Counted from the first letter of the stretch, positions 9,060 to 18,835 are shown. The stretch: DNA of 32,000 nucleotides from Vibrio vulnificus CMCP6 (GCF_000039765.1 NC_004460.2:180001-212000), one strand, 5' to 3'. Numbers and translations are program-made. The notes: generated by a model from the sequence alone, not told the origin.

Positions 9060-10487
9060 AATGCCGATCAGTTAAGAGATAAATGATCGGTTGAACGATC
9101 CTGCAGATGGCTTATAAAGGCTCTAAGTTTCTAAAACTTTGAGCCTTTTATTTTGCAATTAACTACAGCCCTAACACTCGCCAATCGTTATGCCCCCAAT
9201 ACTGAACAACTTGGAAAACTCAGTGACATTCTTTGCCCTGATTTCATCAACCAATGCTTAGAAGCTTCCGGTGTGGCCACTATTCGTAAACGTCGTATCC
9301 CTCTCGACATGGCCGTTTGGGCGGTCGTTGCTATGTCGCTTTACCGACAAGAGCCTTTGTGGTCAATTGTCTCCAAAGCGCAATTAATGTTGCCCGGGAA
9401 GCGAAGTCTGGTTGCCCCTAGTGCTATCGTTCAAGCGAGACAACGGCTCGGGGCTGATGCAATGAAAGAAGTATTTCATCAAAGCCAGAGCTTATGGAAT
9501 GAAACAGCTGACCATCCGACTTGGTGTGGATTAAAACTCCTCGCTGTCGATGGCGTGGTATGGCGAACGCCAGACACTAAGGAAAACCGTGATGCGTTTC
9601 AATCTGCGTCAAATCAGAATGGTGAAGGTAGCTTTCCTCAGGTGCGTATGGTTTGCCAGATGGAGTTGACCAGTCACATGCTGGTCGCCAGTGCTTTCGC
9701 GAGTTACAAAACCAATGAGATGATATTGGCAGAACAGCTGATTGAAACAACACCAGACTACAGCCTCACAATGTTCGACAGAGGTTTTTACTCTCTTAGC
9801 CTTCTTCATCGTTGGGCAAATACAGGTAATGAAAGGCATTGGCTAATGCCAATGCGCAAGAATACCCAATTTACTGAAGTTAGAAAGCTGGGTCGCAATG
9901 ATCGGATTGTCGAACTCAAGACAACGCCTCAAGCGAGAAAGAAGTCCCTGTCACTACCTGAAACCATCGAAGTTCGCCTGATAAAGAAAACTATCAAAGG
10001 GAAAGAAGTGAGTATCTTGACCTCGATGACTGATCATCGTCGTTATCCGCCAGCGGAAATAGCAGAGCTTTACAGTCATAGATGGGAAATCGAAGTGGGA
10101 TATCGTGAAATGAAGTCTTCACTTCTGAACAACGAGTTCACACTGAGAAGTAAGAAGCCAGAGATGGTAAAACAAGAACTATGGGGCTTATTGCTTAGCT
10201 ATAACATTATTAGATATCAGATGGTTAACATGGCTAAAGCTGTGCCTGGCATCTACCCCAACCAACTGAGCTTCACAACGTGTGCTCACTCTATCATTCA
10301 CGTAATTTTGGGGTTCTGGTTGGAGTCAGCGGGAACAATCCCTAAGCGCATTACTCACTTGCAAGAGGAGGCGATACACCATGTCTTGTCCATTAAACGA
10401 GAAGAGCGGATATATCCGAGAGCAATAAAACCAAAGGCAAAGAAATACCCCAATAAAAAAAGCCAGTCAGCTTAACTGACTGGCATT
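9060..10487 (+). mobile_element. IS4-family insertion sequence (IS4-like, 1,428 bp), apparently intact
   Basis: Terminal inverted repeats are AATGCCGATCAGTTAAG (9060-9076) and the reverse complement of 10471-10487, AATGCCAGTCAGTTAAG (15/17 match). It contains a single transposase ORF and is flanked by a 12-bp direct repeat. Confidence 0.85.
9153..10475 (+). CDS. IS4 family DDE transposase
   Basis: 440 aa with a TTG start. As far as I recall the E. coli IS4 transposase, the two are collinear (..[13 protein letters not shown].., ..[13 protein letters not shown].., ..LTSMTD..). The Y-x2-R-x3-E-x6-K signature is visible as [15 protein letters not shown]. The stop codon lies inside the right IR. 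Confidence 0.9.
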   Translation: MQLTTALTLANRYAPNTEQLGKLSDILCPDFINQCLEASGVATIRKRRIPLDMAVWAVVAMSLYRQEPLWSIVSKAQLMLPGKRSLVAPSAIVQARQRLGADAMKEVFHQSQSLWNETADHPTWCGLKLLAVDGVVWRTPDTKENRDAFQSASNQNGEGSFPQVRMVCQMELTSHMLVASAFASYKTNEMILAEQLIETTPDYSLTMFDRGFYSLSLLHRWANTGNERHWLMPMRKNTQFTEVRKLGRNDRIVELKTTPQARKKSLSLPETIEVRLIKKTIKGKEVSILTSMTDHRRYPPAEIAELYSHRWEIEVGYREMKSSLLNNEFTLRSKKPEMVKQELWGLLLSYNIIRYQMVNMAKAVPGIYPNQLSFTTCAHSIIHVILGFWLESAGTIPKRITHLQEEAIHHVLSIKREERIYPRAIKPKAKKYPNKKSQSA

Positions 10488-10499
10488 AACCCAGCGGTT
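10488..10499. repeat. Right copy of the 12-bp target-site duplication (AACCCAGCGGTT)
   Basis: See 9048-9059. Confidence 0.8.
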
Positions 10500-10525
10500 C
10501 GTTTTTTATACGCTCTATTTAAGGA

Positions 10526-12013
10526 TTATTTCGAACGTATCAATATCAGCATTGGCATCATGATAACGAACATGACCCCCACGAGCTGGAAGGTATGAAT
10601 GAAGGCCACCATTTGTGATTGTTGATGCAGCATGGTCTGATACTGCTCAAGCGCGGCAGGATCAGTTATAGAGAGCCCTTGCTGCACCGCCCAATCATGC
10701 AGCACCGGATTATAACGATTGATGCCTTCGCCCAACGCATGCCATTGCTGTTGACTGTCGCGATATTGAAAAGTGGTCGCGATGGAGATTCCAAACGAGC
10801 TGCCAATGGTGCGAAACAAATTATAGATACTGGCGCCCGCGACCGATTGCTCTTTGGGTAGTGTCAGATACGCCAATGTGGATAGGGTAGAGAAGGTTAA
10901 TCCCAAACCCATGCCTTGAATCATGCTGGGCATCACGATCCAGAAGGTATCGATTTCCAACGAGTACAAGGTCATCAAGTAGCTACCAATACCGATGCAA
11001 GTTAAGCCGAAGATGATCTTCAATCTAGGGTCAAACTGCGGATTGAGTTTGATCACTAGGATTAACATGGCTGCTGACGCCAACCCTCGCGGAGCCATCA
11101 ACATGCCCGTAGTCGAAACGGGATAGTGCAACAGACTCTCCAACAGCATGGGTTGCTGTGTGGTCAAGCCGAACATCGCCATCGAGACAACCGCAATCAT
11201 CAACGAGGAGACCATGAGGTTTTTGTCTTTCAGCAACCACAGTGGCGCTATCGGGCTTTTGGTTTTCCAACTGCGATAGACCCACATAATCAAGCCAATA
11301 ACGGCAAGTAACGCCGCGGTTTGAATCATGCGTGAGTTAAACCAATCTTCGTCATTGCCTTTATCCAGCACAAATTGAAGCGCGCCAACGCCGAGCGCCA
11401 TATAGCCGATGATCCACCAATCGAAATTCGGCTTTGTTTTGTTGCTGATGTGAATGTAGCGATAAATCAGCGTCGCACATACCAGCCCAAAGGGAAGGTT
11501 GACGTAGAAAATCCAACGCCAGTTGATGTTATCGGTAATGATTCCGCCCACGACTGGCCCGAGAATCGGCCCCAACAAAATACCGATGGAGAAAATTGCC
11601 ATCGCTTTGCCTTTTTGCTCAGAAGGGTAGATCTGCACCAGCATCGATTGTGCGAGTGGGATGACCGATGCACCAAACGCACCTTGAATGATGCGAAAGA
11701 GCACCATTTCTTCGAGTGAGGTAGCTTGGCCACATAGGGCGCTCGCAATCACAAAGCCAATCACCGCCACCAGCATCACTTTGCGTTCACCAAAGCGAGA
11801 GACCCAGAAACTGGTCATCGGGATGAAGATCGCCTCCGCCATGCTGTAGCCTGTCAGCACCCAAGTGATTTGGTCTGCGGTTGCGCCCAGCGCGCCCATC
11901 ATATGTGAAAGGGAGACGTTGGCCACGGTCATGTCAATCAGCACCATGATGGCAGATAGCATCACGGCGACGGTGGCAATTCCCCGTTTGTCTGCCGTTA
12001 TTTGATTATTCAT
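10526..12013 (-). CDS. MFS multidrug efflux permease, EmrB/QacA (DHA2, 14-TM) family
   Basis: 495 aa with many TM helices and DHA2-like motifs (LDMTVANVSL, GFVIASALCG, FRIIQGAFGA). It sits immediately downstream of the HlyD-family gene, 10 nt apart. Confidence 0.85.
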   Translation of the reverse strand: MNNQITADKRGIATVAVMLSAIMVLIDMTVANVSLSHMMGALGATADQITWVLTGYSMAEAIFIPMTSFWVSRFGERKVMLVAVIGFVIASALCGQATSLEEMVLFRIIQGAFGASVIPLAQSMLVQIYPSEQKGKAMAIFSIGILLGPILGPVVGGIITDNINWRWIFYVNLPFGLVCATLIYRYIHISNKTKPNFDWWIIGYMALGVGALQFVLDKGNDEDWFNSRMIQTAALLAVIGLIMWVYRSWKTKSPIAPLWLLKDKNLMVSSLMIAVVSMAMFGLTTQQPMLLESLLHYPVSTTGMLMAPRGLASAAMLILVIKLNPQFDPRLKIIFGLTCIGIGSYLMTLYSLEIDTFWIVMPSMIQGMGLGLTFSTLSTLAYLTLPKEQSVAGASIYNLFRTIGSSFGISIATTFQYRDSQQQWHALGEGINRYNPVLHDWAVQQGLSITDPAALEQYQTMLHQQSQMVAFIHTFQLVGVMFVIMMPMLILIRSK

Positions 12014-12023
12014 CGCTCAGCAC

Positions 12024-13049
12024 TCAAAGTGGGTGACTTTGCAAATCAACCGTTACTTCAGTACTGGCTCCCACGCGTAATTGAGGGGCGTCTTTTGGCA
12101 CGTCAAGCGCCAAACGAACAGGGAAGCGCTGCTTGATTTTGACCCAGTTACCCGTTGCGTTTTCAGGTGGCATCAAAGAGAAAGAAGTCCCGCTGGCTGG
12201 AGAAAGTTCTTCGACCGTTGCTTTCCAAACCCGATCTGGATACATGTCGATCACCACTTCTGCCTCCATGCCGGGTTTAATATGGGTAAGGTCCGTTTCT
12301 TTGAAGGCGGCGCGTACCCAATAGCTGTCTTTGATGATCACCGGAAACAGCGTTTGACCCACAGCCACCACAGAGCCCACATGCGTGTTGATTTCGCCAG
12401 CGATCCCATCCACAGGCGAGGTGATGTCGGTATAGCTCAGGTTTAACTCGGCTTGAGCCAATTGAGCGGCCGCTTGCTGAACCACTGCGGCTTCAGCCCC
12501 TTCTTCACCACGGTTCGCAATTGCTTTTTCGACCGATGCCCGCGCTTGTTCTAGGCTGGCTTGAGCATTAGCCAGTTTGTTCTTAGCGGTATCGAGATCT
12601 TGAGCAGAAGTCAATTTACGCGTCACGAGAGAATCAATACGTTTGTATTCCAACTGAGCTTCCGTCAAATTGGAGCGCGCTGCGTCTAATCCTGCGACTG
12701 CTTCCGTCACTTGTTTGTCCGCGACATCGTGTTGCTGAACGGCTAACTGATACGCTGCTTTCGCCTGTTTGACGGCCAATAAGTAAGGGCGGGCGTCAAT
12801 TTTTAGCAGCAAATCGCCTTTATTCACGGCTTGGAAATCTTTCGCTTCCACAGCAACCACTTGGCCTTGTACTTGAGGAGCAACCGAGAGGATCTTCGCT
12901 CGAACGTAAGCATCTTCGGTGCTCGGATGGCTATCGGAATATTGCCAAGAAAGGTACATCGCGCCAAAGGCAATGGCGCAAGCAGCAAGAAAAAGGGTTT
13001 TGGTCAATTTGGATTTTGATTTGCTTTTGTTCGCGATAGTGTCGCTCAT
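12024..13049 (-). CDS. HlyD-family membrane fusion protein, EmrA-like
   Basis: Track ORF 12024..13097; the likelier start is MSDTIANK (CAT at 13047-13049). It has a single N-terminal TM, a coiled-coil hairpin (repeated AQ..L..A segments) and a beta-barrel C-terminus (NWVKIKQRFPVRL). Confidence 0.85.
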   Translation of the reverse strand: MSDTIANKSKSKSKLTKTLFLAACAIAFGAMYLSWQYSDSHPSTEDAYVRAKILSVAPQVQGQVVAVEAKDFQAVNKGDLLLKIDARPYLLAVKQAKAAYQLAVQQHDVADKQVTEAVAGLDAARSNLTEAQLEYKRIDSLVTRKLTSAQDLDTAKNKLANAQASLEQARASVEKAIANRGEEGAEAAVVQQAAAQLAQAELNLSYTDITSPVDGIAGEINTHVGSVVAVGQTLFPVIIKDSYWVRAAFKETDLTHIKPGMEAEVVIDMYPDRVWKATVEELSPASGTSFSLMPPENATGNWVKIKQRFPVRLALDVPKDAPQLRVGASTEVTVDLQSHPL

Positions 13050-13295
13050 TATATTGTCCAAGTGGTAAATTTTGTGATCAGTGTAGGATTTTCCCACTCT
13101 CGAACAACCGAATGATCTGCAAGGTTAAGATCCAATTTTGAATGTTGCTAATGTGTTTGAAAGATGCGCAAGAAAAGTAAGCAATCGCAGTGATTAATGG
13201 TGACCCAAAGCATTACTGTTCGTGATAGGTAAAAGTGCGAGGATGTATTTTAACTGATTGAAATAAAGGCGAATATGAGTATCCGCCATACTAAT

Positions 13296-13649
13296 TCAAG
13301 ATTGATACTGATGCTCCCAGCAGATCAACTCGCCGAACTTCTTATCGAGCTCCAGTTCGGTTAGGCGACAATAAAAGGTACTGCCCGGGCGATCTTCGTG
13401 GTGTCGGCAAGTACGGCAAATACCAAAGCTTTGTGTTTCATTTTTGGCCTGCATCTGAGCCAGCATTTTCTTCAAATAACCGACGCTGTCCGGAGAGGCA
13501 GCTTCCAATTCACTAAGTGGCTCCAAGTAACGCGCTGGCGGTGTCAGCTTTTCGATTAAGCGCTTTCCGACAAGCGCAGGGTGGTTGATGTGAATGCAAC
13601 ACTTAATCTCATCACTATATGATTTGAAAAAAAGCATTAATCGAATCAT
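13296..13649 (-). CDS. Hypothetical Cys-rich protein (putative Zn- or Fe-S-binding regulator-like C-terminus)
   Basis: 117-aa ORF. The C-terminal ICRTCRHH...YCRL...ICWEH arrangement (CxxC...C...CxxH) suggests a metal site. No clear HTH is recognisable. The start is uncertain because the annotated ATG lies only 43 bp from the divergent fic ATG. Confidence 0.4.
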   Translation of the reverse strand: MIRLMLFFKSYSDEIKCCIHINHPALVGKRLIEKLTPPARYLEPLSELEAASPDSVGYLKKMLAQMQAKNETQSFGICRTCRHHEDRPGSTFYCRLTELELDKKFGELICWEHQYQS

Positions 13650-13682
13650 AATGTGATTCGAATATGTAGGGTTTTCGAATCA
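13641..13682. promoter_or_regulatory. Candidate operator: three TCGAATCA half-sites
   Basis: TCGAATCA-TAATG-TGATTCGA is a perfect 8-bp inverted repeat (13641-13661). A third direct copy, TTCGAATCA (13674-13682), abuts the fic RBS (AAGGAG). Confidence 0.4.
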
Positions 13683-13692
13683 AGGAGCCGTT

Positions 13693-14811
13693 ATGTGGAT
13701 CTGGCAACAGGCGTCATGGCCTGAATTTGAGTGGGACAGAAGTGTGATTGAGCCGCTTGTGAGAACCACGCGCCTTAATCAAGGTATCTTGTTAGGGAAA
13801 ATGCTTTGTCAGCCACTTGATCAAACCCAAAATATGCTGGATACCTTGCTCGCCAACATTGTGCACTCTAGCGCGATAGAAGGGGAAAAACTCAACGCCT
13901 TTTCTGTGCGCTCTTCACTTGCGAACAAATTGGGCATCAGTGAAGAGAATCCGTTCCCAACAACGAAACAGACCGATGGTCTGGCAGAGATCATGCTCGA
14001 CGCGGTCGATAACCTCGAGGTTCCACTCACTTTAGAGCGCGTCTTGCACTGGCATGCCTTGTTATTCCCCCAAGGATACACGCTGTTCAATCCTGTTATT
14101 GGTGGGCAGTTAAGAAGCGAAACGCCCATGCAAGTGGTATCTGGACGGATAGACAAACCCGTTGTCCATTTTGAAGCGCCAGACAGAGCTTGCTTAGACG
14201 CTGAACTGAGCACGTTTATACAGTGGTTTAACGATTCAAAGACGGATACCTCACTCGATCCTCTATTAAGAGCCGCAATCACCCACCTTTGGTTTGTCAC
14301 ACTACACCCATTGGATGATGGCAATGGTCGTATTACTCGAGTGCTGACTGATCTCGCACTGGCACAAGCAGAGCACCAATCCGTGCGCTTTTACGCCATG
14401 TCGGTAGCGATTCTTGCTAATCGAAAAAGCTATTACGAGATCTTAGAGCAAACGCAAAAAGGGGATTTGGACATCACCGCGTGGCTACGTTGGTTTTTAG
14501 ACACGCTGAATGAAACCTTTGATGTTGCGTTAAAAGAGATTGAACAAACGGTATTTAAAACCAATTACTGGCGACACATAGACCAAACGCGGTTGTTGAG
14601 TGAACAAACCAAAGTGCTTAATCGAATGCTCGATGGTGATTTCCCTGAGGGGATCAACACATCCCAATACCACAAGGTTGCGAAAGTGAGTAAGCCCACC
14701 GCCACAAGGCATTTGGCCGCGCTTGCTGAGCTTGGCTGCCTGATTAAATCTGACGCTGGTGGCCGGAGCACACGTTATCACTTGCCAAAGATTGGCGACC
14801 AAACGGCGTGA
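13693..14811 (+). CDS. Fic family protein (AMPylase-type), class II with an N-terminal inhibitory helix and a C-terminal wHTH-like domain
   Basis: 372 aa. The Fic motif is HPLDDGNGRITR, i.e. HxFx(D/E)GNGRxxR with Leu in place of Phe. The N-terminal SSAIEG matches the (S/T)xxxE(G/N) alpha-inh motif. AAGGAG RBS. Confidence 0.85.
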   Translation: MWIWQQASWPEFEWDRSVIEPLVRTTRLNQGILLGKMLCQPLDQTQNMLDTLLANIVHSSAIEGEKLNAFSVRSSLANKLGISEENPFPTTKQTDGLAEIMLDAVDNLEVPLTLERVLHWHALLFPQGYTLFNPVIGGQLRSETPMQVVSGRIDKPVVHFEAPDRACLDAELSTFIQWFNDSKTDTSLDPLLRAAITHLWFVTLHPLDDGNGRITRVLTDLALAQAEHQSVRFYAMSVAILANRKSYYEILEQTQKGDLDITAWLRWFLDTLNETFDVALKEIEQTVFKTNYWRHIDQTRLLSEQTKVLNRMLDGDFPEGINTSQYHKVAKVSKPTATRHLAALAELGCLIKSDAGGRSTRYHLPKIGDQTA

Positions 14812-14857
14812 TTCACGAAGAGATCGACCATAGCCGAAAAAATCGTTCACACAGCGG

Positions 14858-15775
14858 TTAGCTTGAACTGAATGTTTCTTGCATCGGTTTAAGCTTCTCA
14901 AGCAAAAAGTCCAAAAACACACGCAGGTGAGGTTTGGGGTATTGTGTGTTTTTGTAGATAGCGAAGATCTCACCACTGCCTAGCTCACCGTGTGTTGCCG
15001 TCCAGGACGGCAGCAATTCCACTAACTGCCCACTTTCCAGATAGGGTTTGAGCATCCACTTCGACAACAGAAGTACGCCAGTACCTTGCAGCGCTGCACA
15101 TAAAAGAGGAGAGCCGCCTTTTGAAATTAAATTGCCAGCGACCATGAGTTTTCTAGTGGTCGATTTTTGGCGGAAGTACCAATAATTCCGCTGCCGTTCG
15201 TGACTTATCAATAGACAATTGTGCTGCTGCAAATCTTCTGGTTTTGTTATAGGGGAGTGAGTATTTATATATGCAGGCGAAGCAACCAACGCGGTGTAAT
15301 TGGTTAGCAAGTGCCGAGCTTTCAGTCGGCTGTCTTGTGGGGTGCCAATACGGATCGCCATATCGACATTGTCGCTGTTTAAATCCACAAGTTTGTTATC
15401 CAGCTCAAGTTCAATTTGTATCTTGGGGTAGCGCTCGAGGAACTCTGGAATTAATGGAGTGAGGCATAAATTGCCGAAGCTTTCGAATACCGAGATTCTC
15501 AGTATTCCTTCAGGCACACCATGATTTCCTCTCATTTCCGCCAATAAGTTATCGCTGTCGCGCAGGATCTTGCTCGATTGCTGATAAAAATATTGCCCTT
15601 CCTCGGTCAAAATCAACTGACGCGTGCTGCGTTTAAACAGTGTCGTTTTGATTCTGTTTTCGAGGCTATCAATATTTCTTGCCACCGACGAGGGGGCCAT
15701 ATTTAGCGCTCTTCCTGCCTGAGAAAAACTGCCAGATTCGACCACCTGATCAAACACTTTGAGTAACTCTAGCAC
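14858..15775 (-). CDS. LysR family transcriptional regulator
   Basis: 305 aa. N-terminal HTH (FSQAGRALNMAPSSVARNIDSLENRI) and a LysR substrate-binding domain. It is divergent from the AhpD-like gene. Confidence 0.9.
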   Translation of the reverse strand: MLELLKVFDQVVESGSFSQAGRALNMAPSSVARNIDSLENRIKTTLFKRSTRQLILTEEGQYFYQQSSKILRDSDNLLAEMRGNHGVPEGILRISVFESFGNLCLTPLIPEFLERYPKIQIELELDNKLVDLNSDNVDMAIRIGTPQDSRLKARHLLTNYTALVASPAYINTHSPITKPEDLQQHNCLLISHERQRNYWYFRQKSTTRKLMVAGNLISKGGSPLLCAALQGTGVLLLSKWMLKPYLESGQLVELLPSWTATHGELGSGEIFAIYKNTQYPKPHLRVFLDFLLEKLKPMQETFSSS

Positions 15776-15901
15776 GTGTTTACCTTTGCGTTTTATGCAT
15801 AACTGATTGAGATTTTATACTCATTCCACCGCAATATCGAATTCTGCACAATAACCCCATCGCACTAAGGCGGTATTTATCACTGAAATAAGGATGGGAA
15901 A

Positions 15902-16339
15902 ATGGCCAAACGTATCAATCTTGCTCAAGTACAACCTCAAGCGTTAACGGCAATGTTAGGAATAGAAAACTACCTTGCGGATACCGCATTATCTACTGAG
16001 CTTAAAGAGCTCATCAAAATTCGAGCGTCAATGATCAACGGGTGTGCTTACTGTATTCAGATGCACACCACCGAGGCTCTGAAAAACGGGATCGCTCAGC
16101 AAAAGCTGTTTGCATTGTCTGCATGGAAAGAGTCGCCACTGTTTGATGAGGCAGAGCGAGCAGTGCTTCACCTAACAGATGACATGACAAAAATTGCCGA
16201 TGCTGGCGTATCAGATAGCGTCTATCAGATCTGCCTTGAGTTACTTGGAGAAGAGCGCTTAGCTCAAGCAATGATGCAGATCATCATGATCAACGCGTGG
16301 AATCGATTTGCGCTTGCCACCGCGATGATGCATGAATAA
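15902..16339 (+). CDS. Carboxymuconolactone decarboxylase / AhpD-like family protein
   Basis: 145 aa with CAYCIQMH (the CxxC..H AhpD-core motif). Size and helical pattern are typical of the family. Confidence 0.85.
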   Translation: MAKRINLAQVQPQALTAMLGIENYLADTALSTELKELIKIRASMINGCAYCIQMHTTEALKNGIAQQKLFALSAWKESPLFDEAERAVLHLTDDMTKIADAGVSDSVYQICLELLGEERLAQAMMQIIMINAWNRFALATAMMHE

Positions 16340-16355
16340 CCCGTAAGTGCTTCGT

Positions 16356-16392
16356 GGCCCAATGTATCGGAGGAATTCAGCAACATTGGGCC
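16356..16392 (+). terminator. Hairpin downstream of the AhpD-like gene (possible terminator)
   Basis: GGCCCAATGT ... ACATTGGGCC is a perfect 10-bp stem with a 17-nt loop. The T tract after it is weak. Confidence 0.4.
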
Positions 16393-16558
16393 GCTTTACC
16401 CTGTTACCTGCTGCTCTTATCTTGTACAAACCTACGAGCGATAAATCGAAAAACAACCTTTATTCTGTCGTGCTGCGCTCAATTTTAACGCCGAATAAAA
16501 CCGTGTGTTTTCAGCGCTGATATACTCCTTGCAGGATGAAAAAGAATAGGTGAAAAGC

Positions 16559-16819
16559 ATGTCCAAAACCGCGAAGCTGAATAACGAAGAAAAGTTAGTG
16601 AAAAAGGCCTTAGAGATAGGCGGTAAGATGGCCAAAATGCAGGGCTTCGATTTACCTCAATCACCTCAACCCGTGCGTGTAAAAGCCGTCTACCTATTCT
16701 TGGTGGATGCCAAGCAAATCGCTCCGTTACCCGACAGCAAGCTCGATGGCGCAAACATCAAGCACCGCCTAGCACTCTGGATTCACGCCGCGTTGCCGGA
16801 TAACGATCCGCTGAAGTAA
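16559..16819 (+). CDS. Hypothetical protein (86 aa)
   Basis: Internal ATG (MSKTAKLNNEEK...) of track ORF 16550..16819. No motif recognised. Confidence 0.4.
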   Translation: MSKTAKLNNEEKLVKKALEIGGKMAKMQGFDLPQSPQPVRVKAVYLFLVDAKQIAPLPDSKLDGANIKHRLALWIHAALPDNDPLK

Positions 16820-16941
16820 CTCGTTACTAAAATCGCTGAGTATTGGCCATTTTTGGGGTCAATAGTAATAAACAGTGGTAATTGAAATTTGAGCACTTAG
16901 AATGCGCACACTAAAAGTGATAACTGATGTAGAGTGATTTT

Positions 16942-17400
16942 ATGCTTCGTGATTACACCTTCGATTGTCTTGTCTCCATGCCTCGTCATGAACTGGAAGA
17001 GTTCAGTGTGCGCATGATCAGTAAAATGGTACCTGAAGACGTGATGAGCGAACTGTTTACTTTTGATCAAGAAGAAGTGGATAGTGAAGACCGCATGTTG
17101 TCGGCGCGCCTTGATGCCATGTTGCGTATGACGGCAATCGCACTGAGTGAAATTCAGCAAGCGTTTGATGATTCAGAAAACGCCAAACAAAACAGTGAGC
17201 GTATGACTCGCCTTGTGCTTTGGCATTTCTACGCCATCTCATTTCGTTTGGAAGAAGCGATCACGCTTGAAGCGCACTGCGCACAAGTGGAAAAACTGCT
17301 CGAAAACACCCCCAACGATGTGTTTGCTTGGGTCAAAACACTGACCGAACTGCTGCACACGTATGCGGAAATCAACGCCAAAGAGAACCCAGAAGCGTAA
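16942..17400 (+). CDS. Hypothetical acidic helical protein (152 aa)
   Basis: Clean ORF followed by a strong terminator. No motif recognised. Confidence 0.5.
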   Translation: MLRDYTFDCLVSMPRHELEEFSVRMISKMVPEDVMSELFTFDQEEVDSEDRMLSARLDAMLRMTAIALSEIQQAFDDSENAKQNSERMTRLVLWHFYAISFRLEEAITLEAHCAQVEKLLENTPNDVFAWVKTLTELLHTYAEINAKENPEA

Positions 17401-17427
17401 TAATGATTCGGTGTTAATAGGGTATAA

Positions 17428-17467
17428 AACAAAAGGCGATCCATTGAGTTCGCCTTTTGTTTTTTCG
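17428..17467 (+). terminator. Rho-independent terminator
   Basis: AAAAGGCGA-(loop)-TCGCCTTTT followed by GTTTTTT. Confidence 0.75.
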
Positions 17468-17589
17468 GCTTTTTCGTTTACGTGAATCAGTCTGTTATTT
17501 GTGAATGAACGCATTGATTTGAAATTGTGTTGTGAATGAAAAGTCGGCACCATGGCAAGCTTGTTTTGGGCGTGAAAAAGGGAGAAAAC

Positions 17590-18336
17590 ATGAACGCAGC
17601 GATCACGATAAGTTTGGCGCAAATTCCAGTGGTAAGAGGGGATCTCCCAAGCAACCTTGCACAGCACATTTATATGATTGAACGTTCTGCAGAGCACGAT
17701 GCCGATGTGGTGGTGTTTCCAGAACTTTCCCTCACTGGCTATGAGCTCGATTTAGCCAACGAGTTGGCGCTGTTGCCTGAGGCGGAAAGCATTCAGTCGT
17801 TGTCTCAAGCGAGCGTTGAACATCACGTCATCGTGATTGCCGGTTGCCCATTACGCCATGATGACGCTGCAAAGCCGACAATCGGTGCGGTGATCTGCTT
17901 TCCAGATGGCAGGGTGGAATATTATGACAAGCAATATTTGCACGAAGGTGAGGCGCAGTTTTGCTCGTCAGGCTCGTCGGATTACGTTTTTAACGTCAAA
18001 GAGCAGCAAATCGCCTTGGCAATTTGTGCGGATTTTACTCATGCAGAACACGCCCAAAGAGCAAAAGCACTGGGTGCTGACCTTTACCTCGTCAGTGCGC
18101 TGATCTCTGAAAATGGCTATGAGACGGATGCCAAAATCCTCTCTGATATTGCTTCAGAGCACGCTTTTCCTGTCTTATTGAGCAACCATATTTCACCGAC
18201 CGGCGGCTGGGTAACTTGTGGCAAAAGTTCTATCTGGAATGCCCAAGGCAAGCGCCTGACAGAAGCCGATTCAAAAGAAGCGGGTCTTATTTTATGCACC
18301 ATTTCCGGTGGTGATATTACCGTTAGAAACGCCTAA
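17590..18336 (+). CDS. Carbon-nitrogen hydrolase (nitrilase superfamily) protein
   Basis: Likely start is MNAAITISLAQ (GGAGAAAACATG) within track ORF 17536..18336. Catalytic-triad context: VVVFPELSLTGY (Glu), YDKQYLH (Lys), LAICADF (Cys). Confidence 0.8.
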   Translation: MNAAITISLAQIPVVRGDLPSNLAQHIYMIERSAEHDADVVVFPELSLTGYELDLANELALLPEAESIQSLSQASVEHHVIVIAGCPLRHDDAAKPTIGAVICFPDGRVEYYDKQYLHEGEAQFCSSGSSDYVFNVKEQQIALAICADFTHAEHAQRAKALGADLYLVSALISENGYETDAKILSDIASEHAFPVLLSNHISPTGGWVTCGKSSIWNAQGKRLTEADSKEAGLILCTISGGDITVRNA

Positions 18337-18835
18337 AGAGCGATACCGAAATGTCGATAACGGGTGGCTAAACAGAAGGGAACTCGATACCGTTTGAGCA
18401 ATCGCAAACTGACAGTAGCAACGAAAATGCACTGAAACATCGAGCCACATCGCTTGTCGTCGTTCTCGCGCACGCGGGAATCCATTCATCTGCGCCCACC
18501 GTATGCTGCGTTTGCAAGTGCATCACCCGCAATAGCGCAAATCGACAGCAAGATGTCAACGCAGCGGTAATACAGACCTGTGGCACTTGTTGTACGATGG
18601 TTCCCCGCATTCGCGAGGATGACGAGCGAAGTTAGGAGCGAAATGTTAACGGTACCGAGGAATCATCAATGCAAAGCAATGTGGCAACGTTTAAGACGGG
18701 TTCGATCATTTGTGGATTACATTTCGCCGCTTCCGTTCGGTGGTCATAGGCGACAAAAGGGCTGCATAATTAGGATCAGCGATATCGCTTCAGATTTACA
18801 CTTAATACCTCTCACAACGCAACAAGGGAAATCAC

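Noticed and set aside
18372-18628. Open frame encoding a Cys-rich stretch (..APTVCCVCKCITRN...TCGTCCTMVP..) that looked like a possible RiPP or Cys-rich peptide
   Set aside because: The frame has no ATG/GTG/TTG start before the Cys-rich part and no RBS. This is most likely chance in non-coding DNA.
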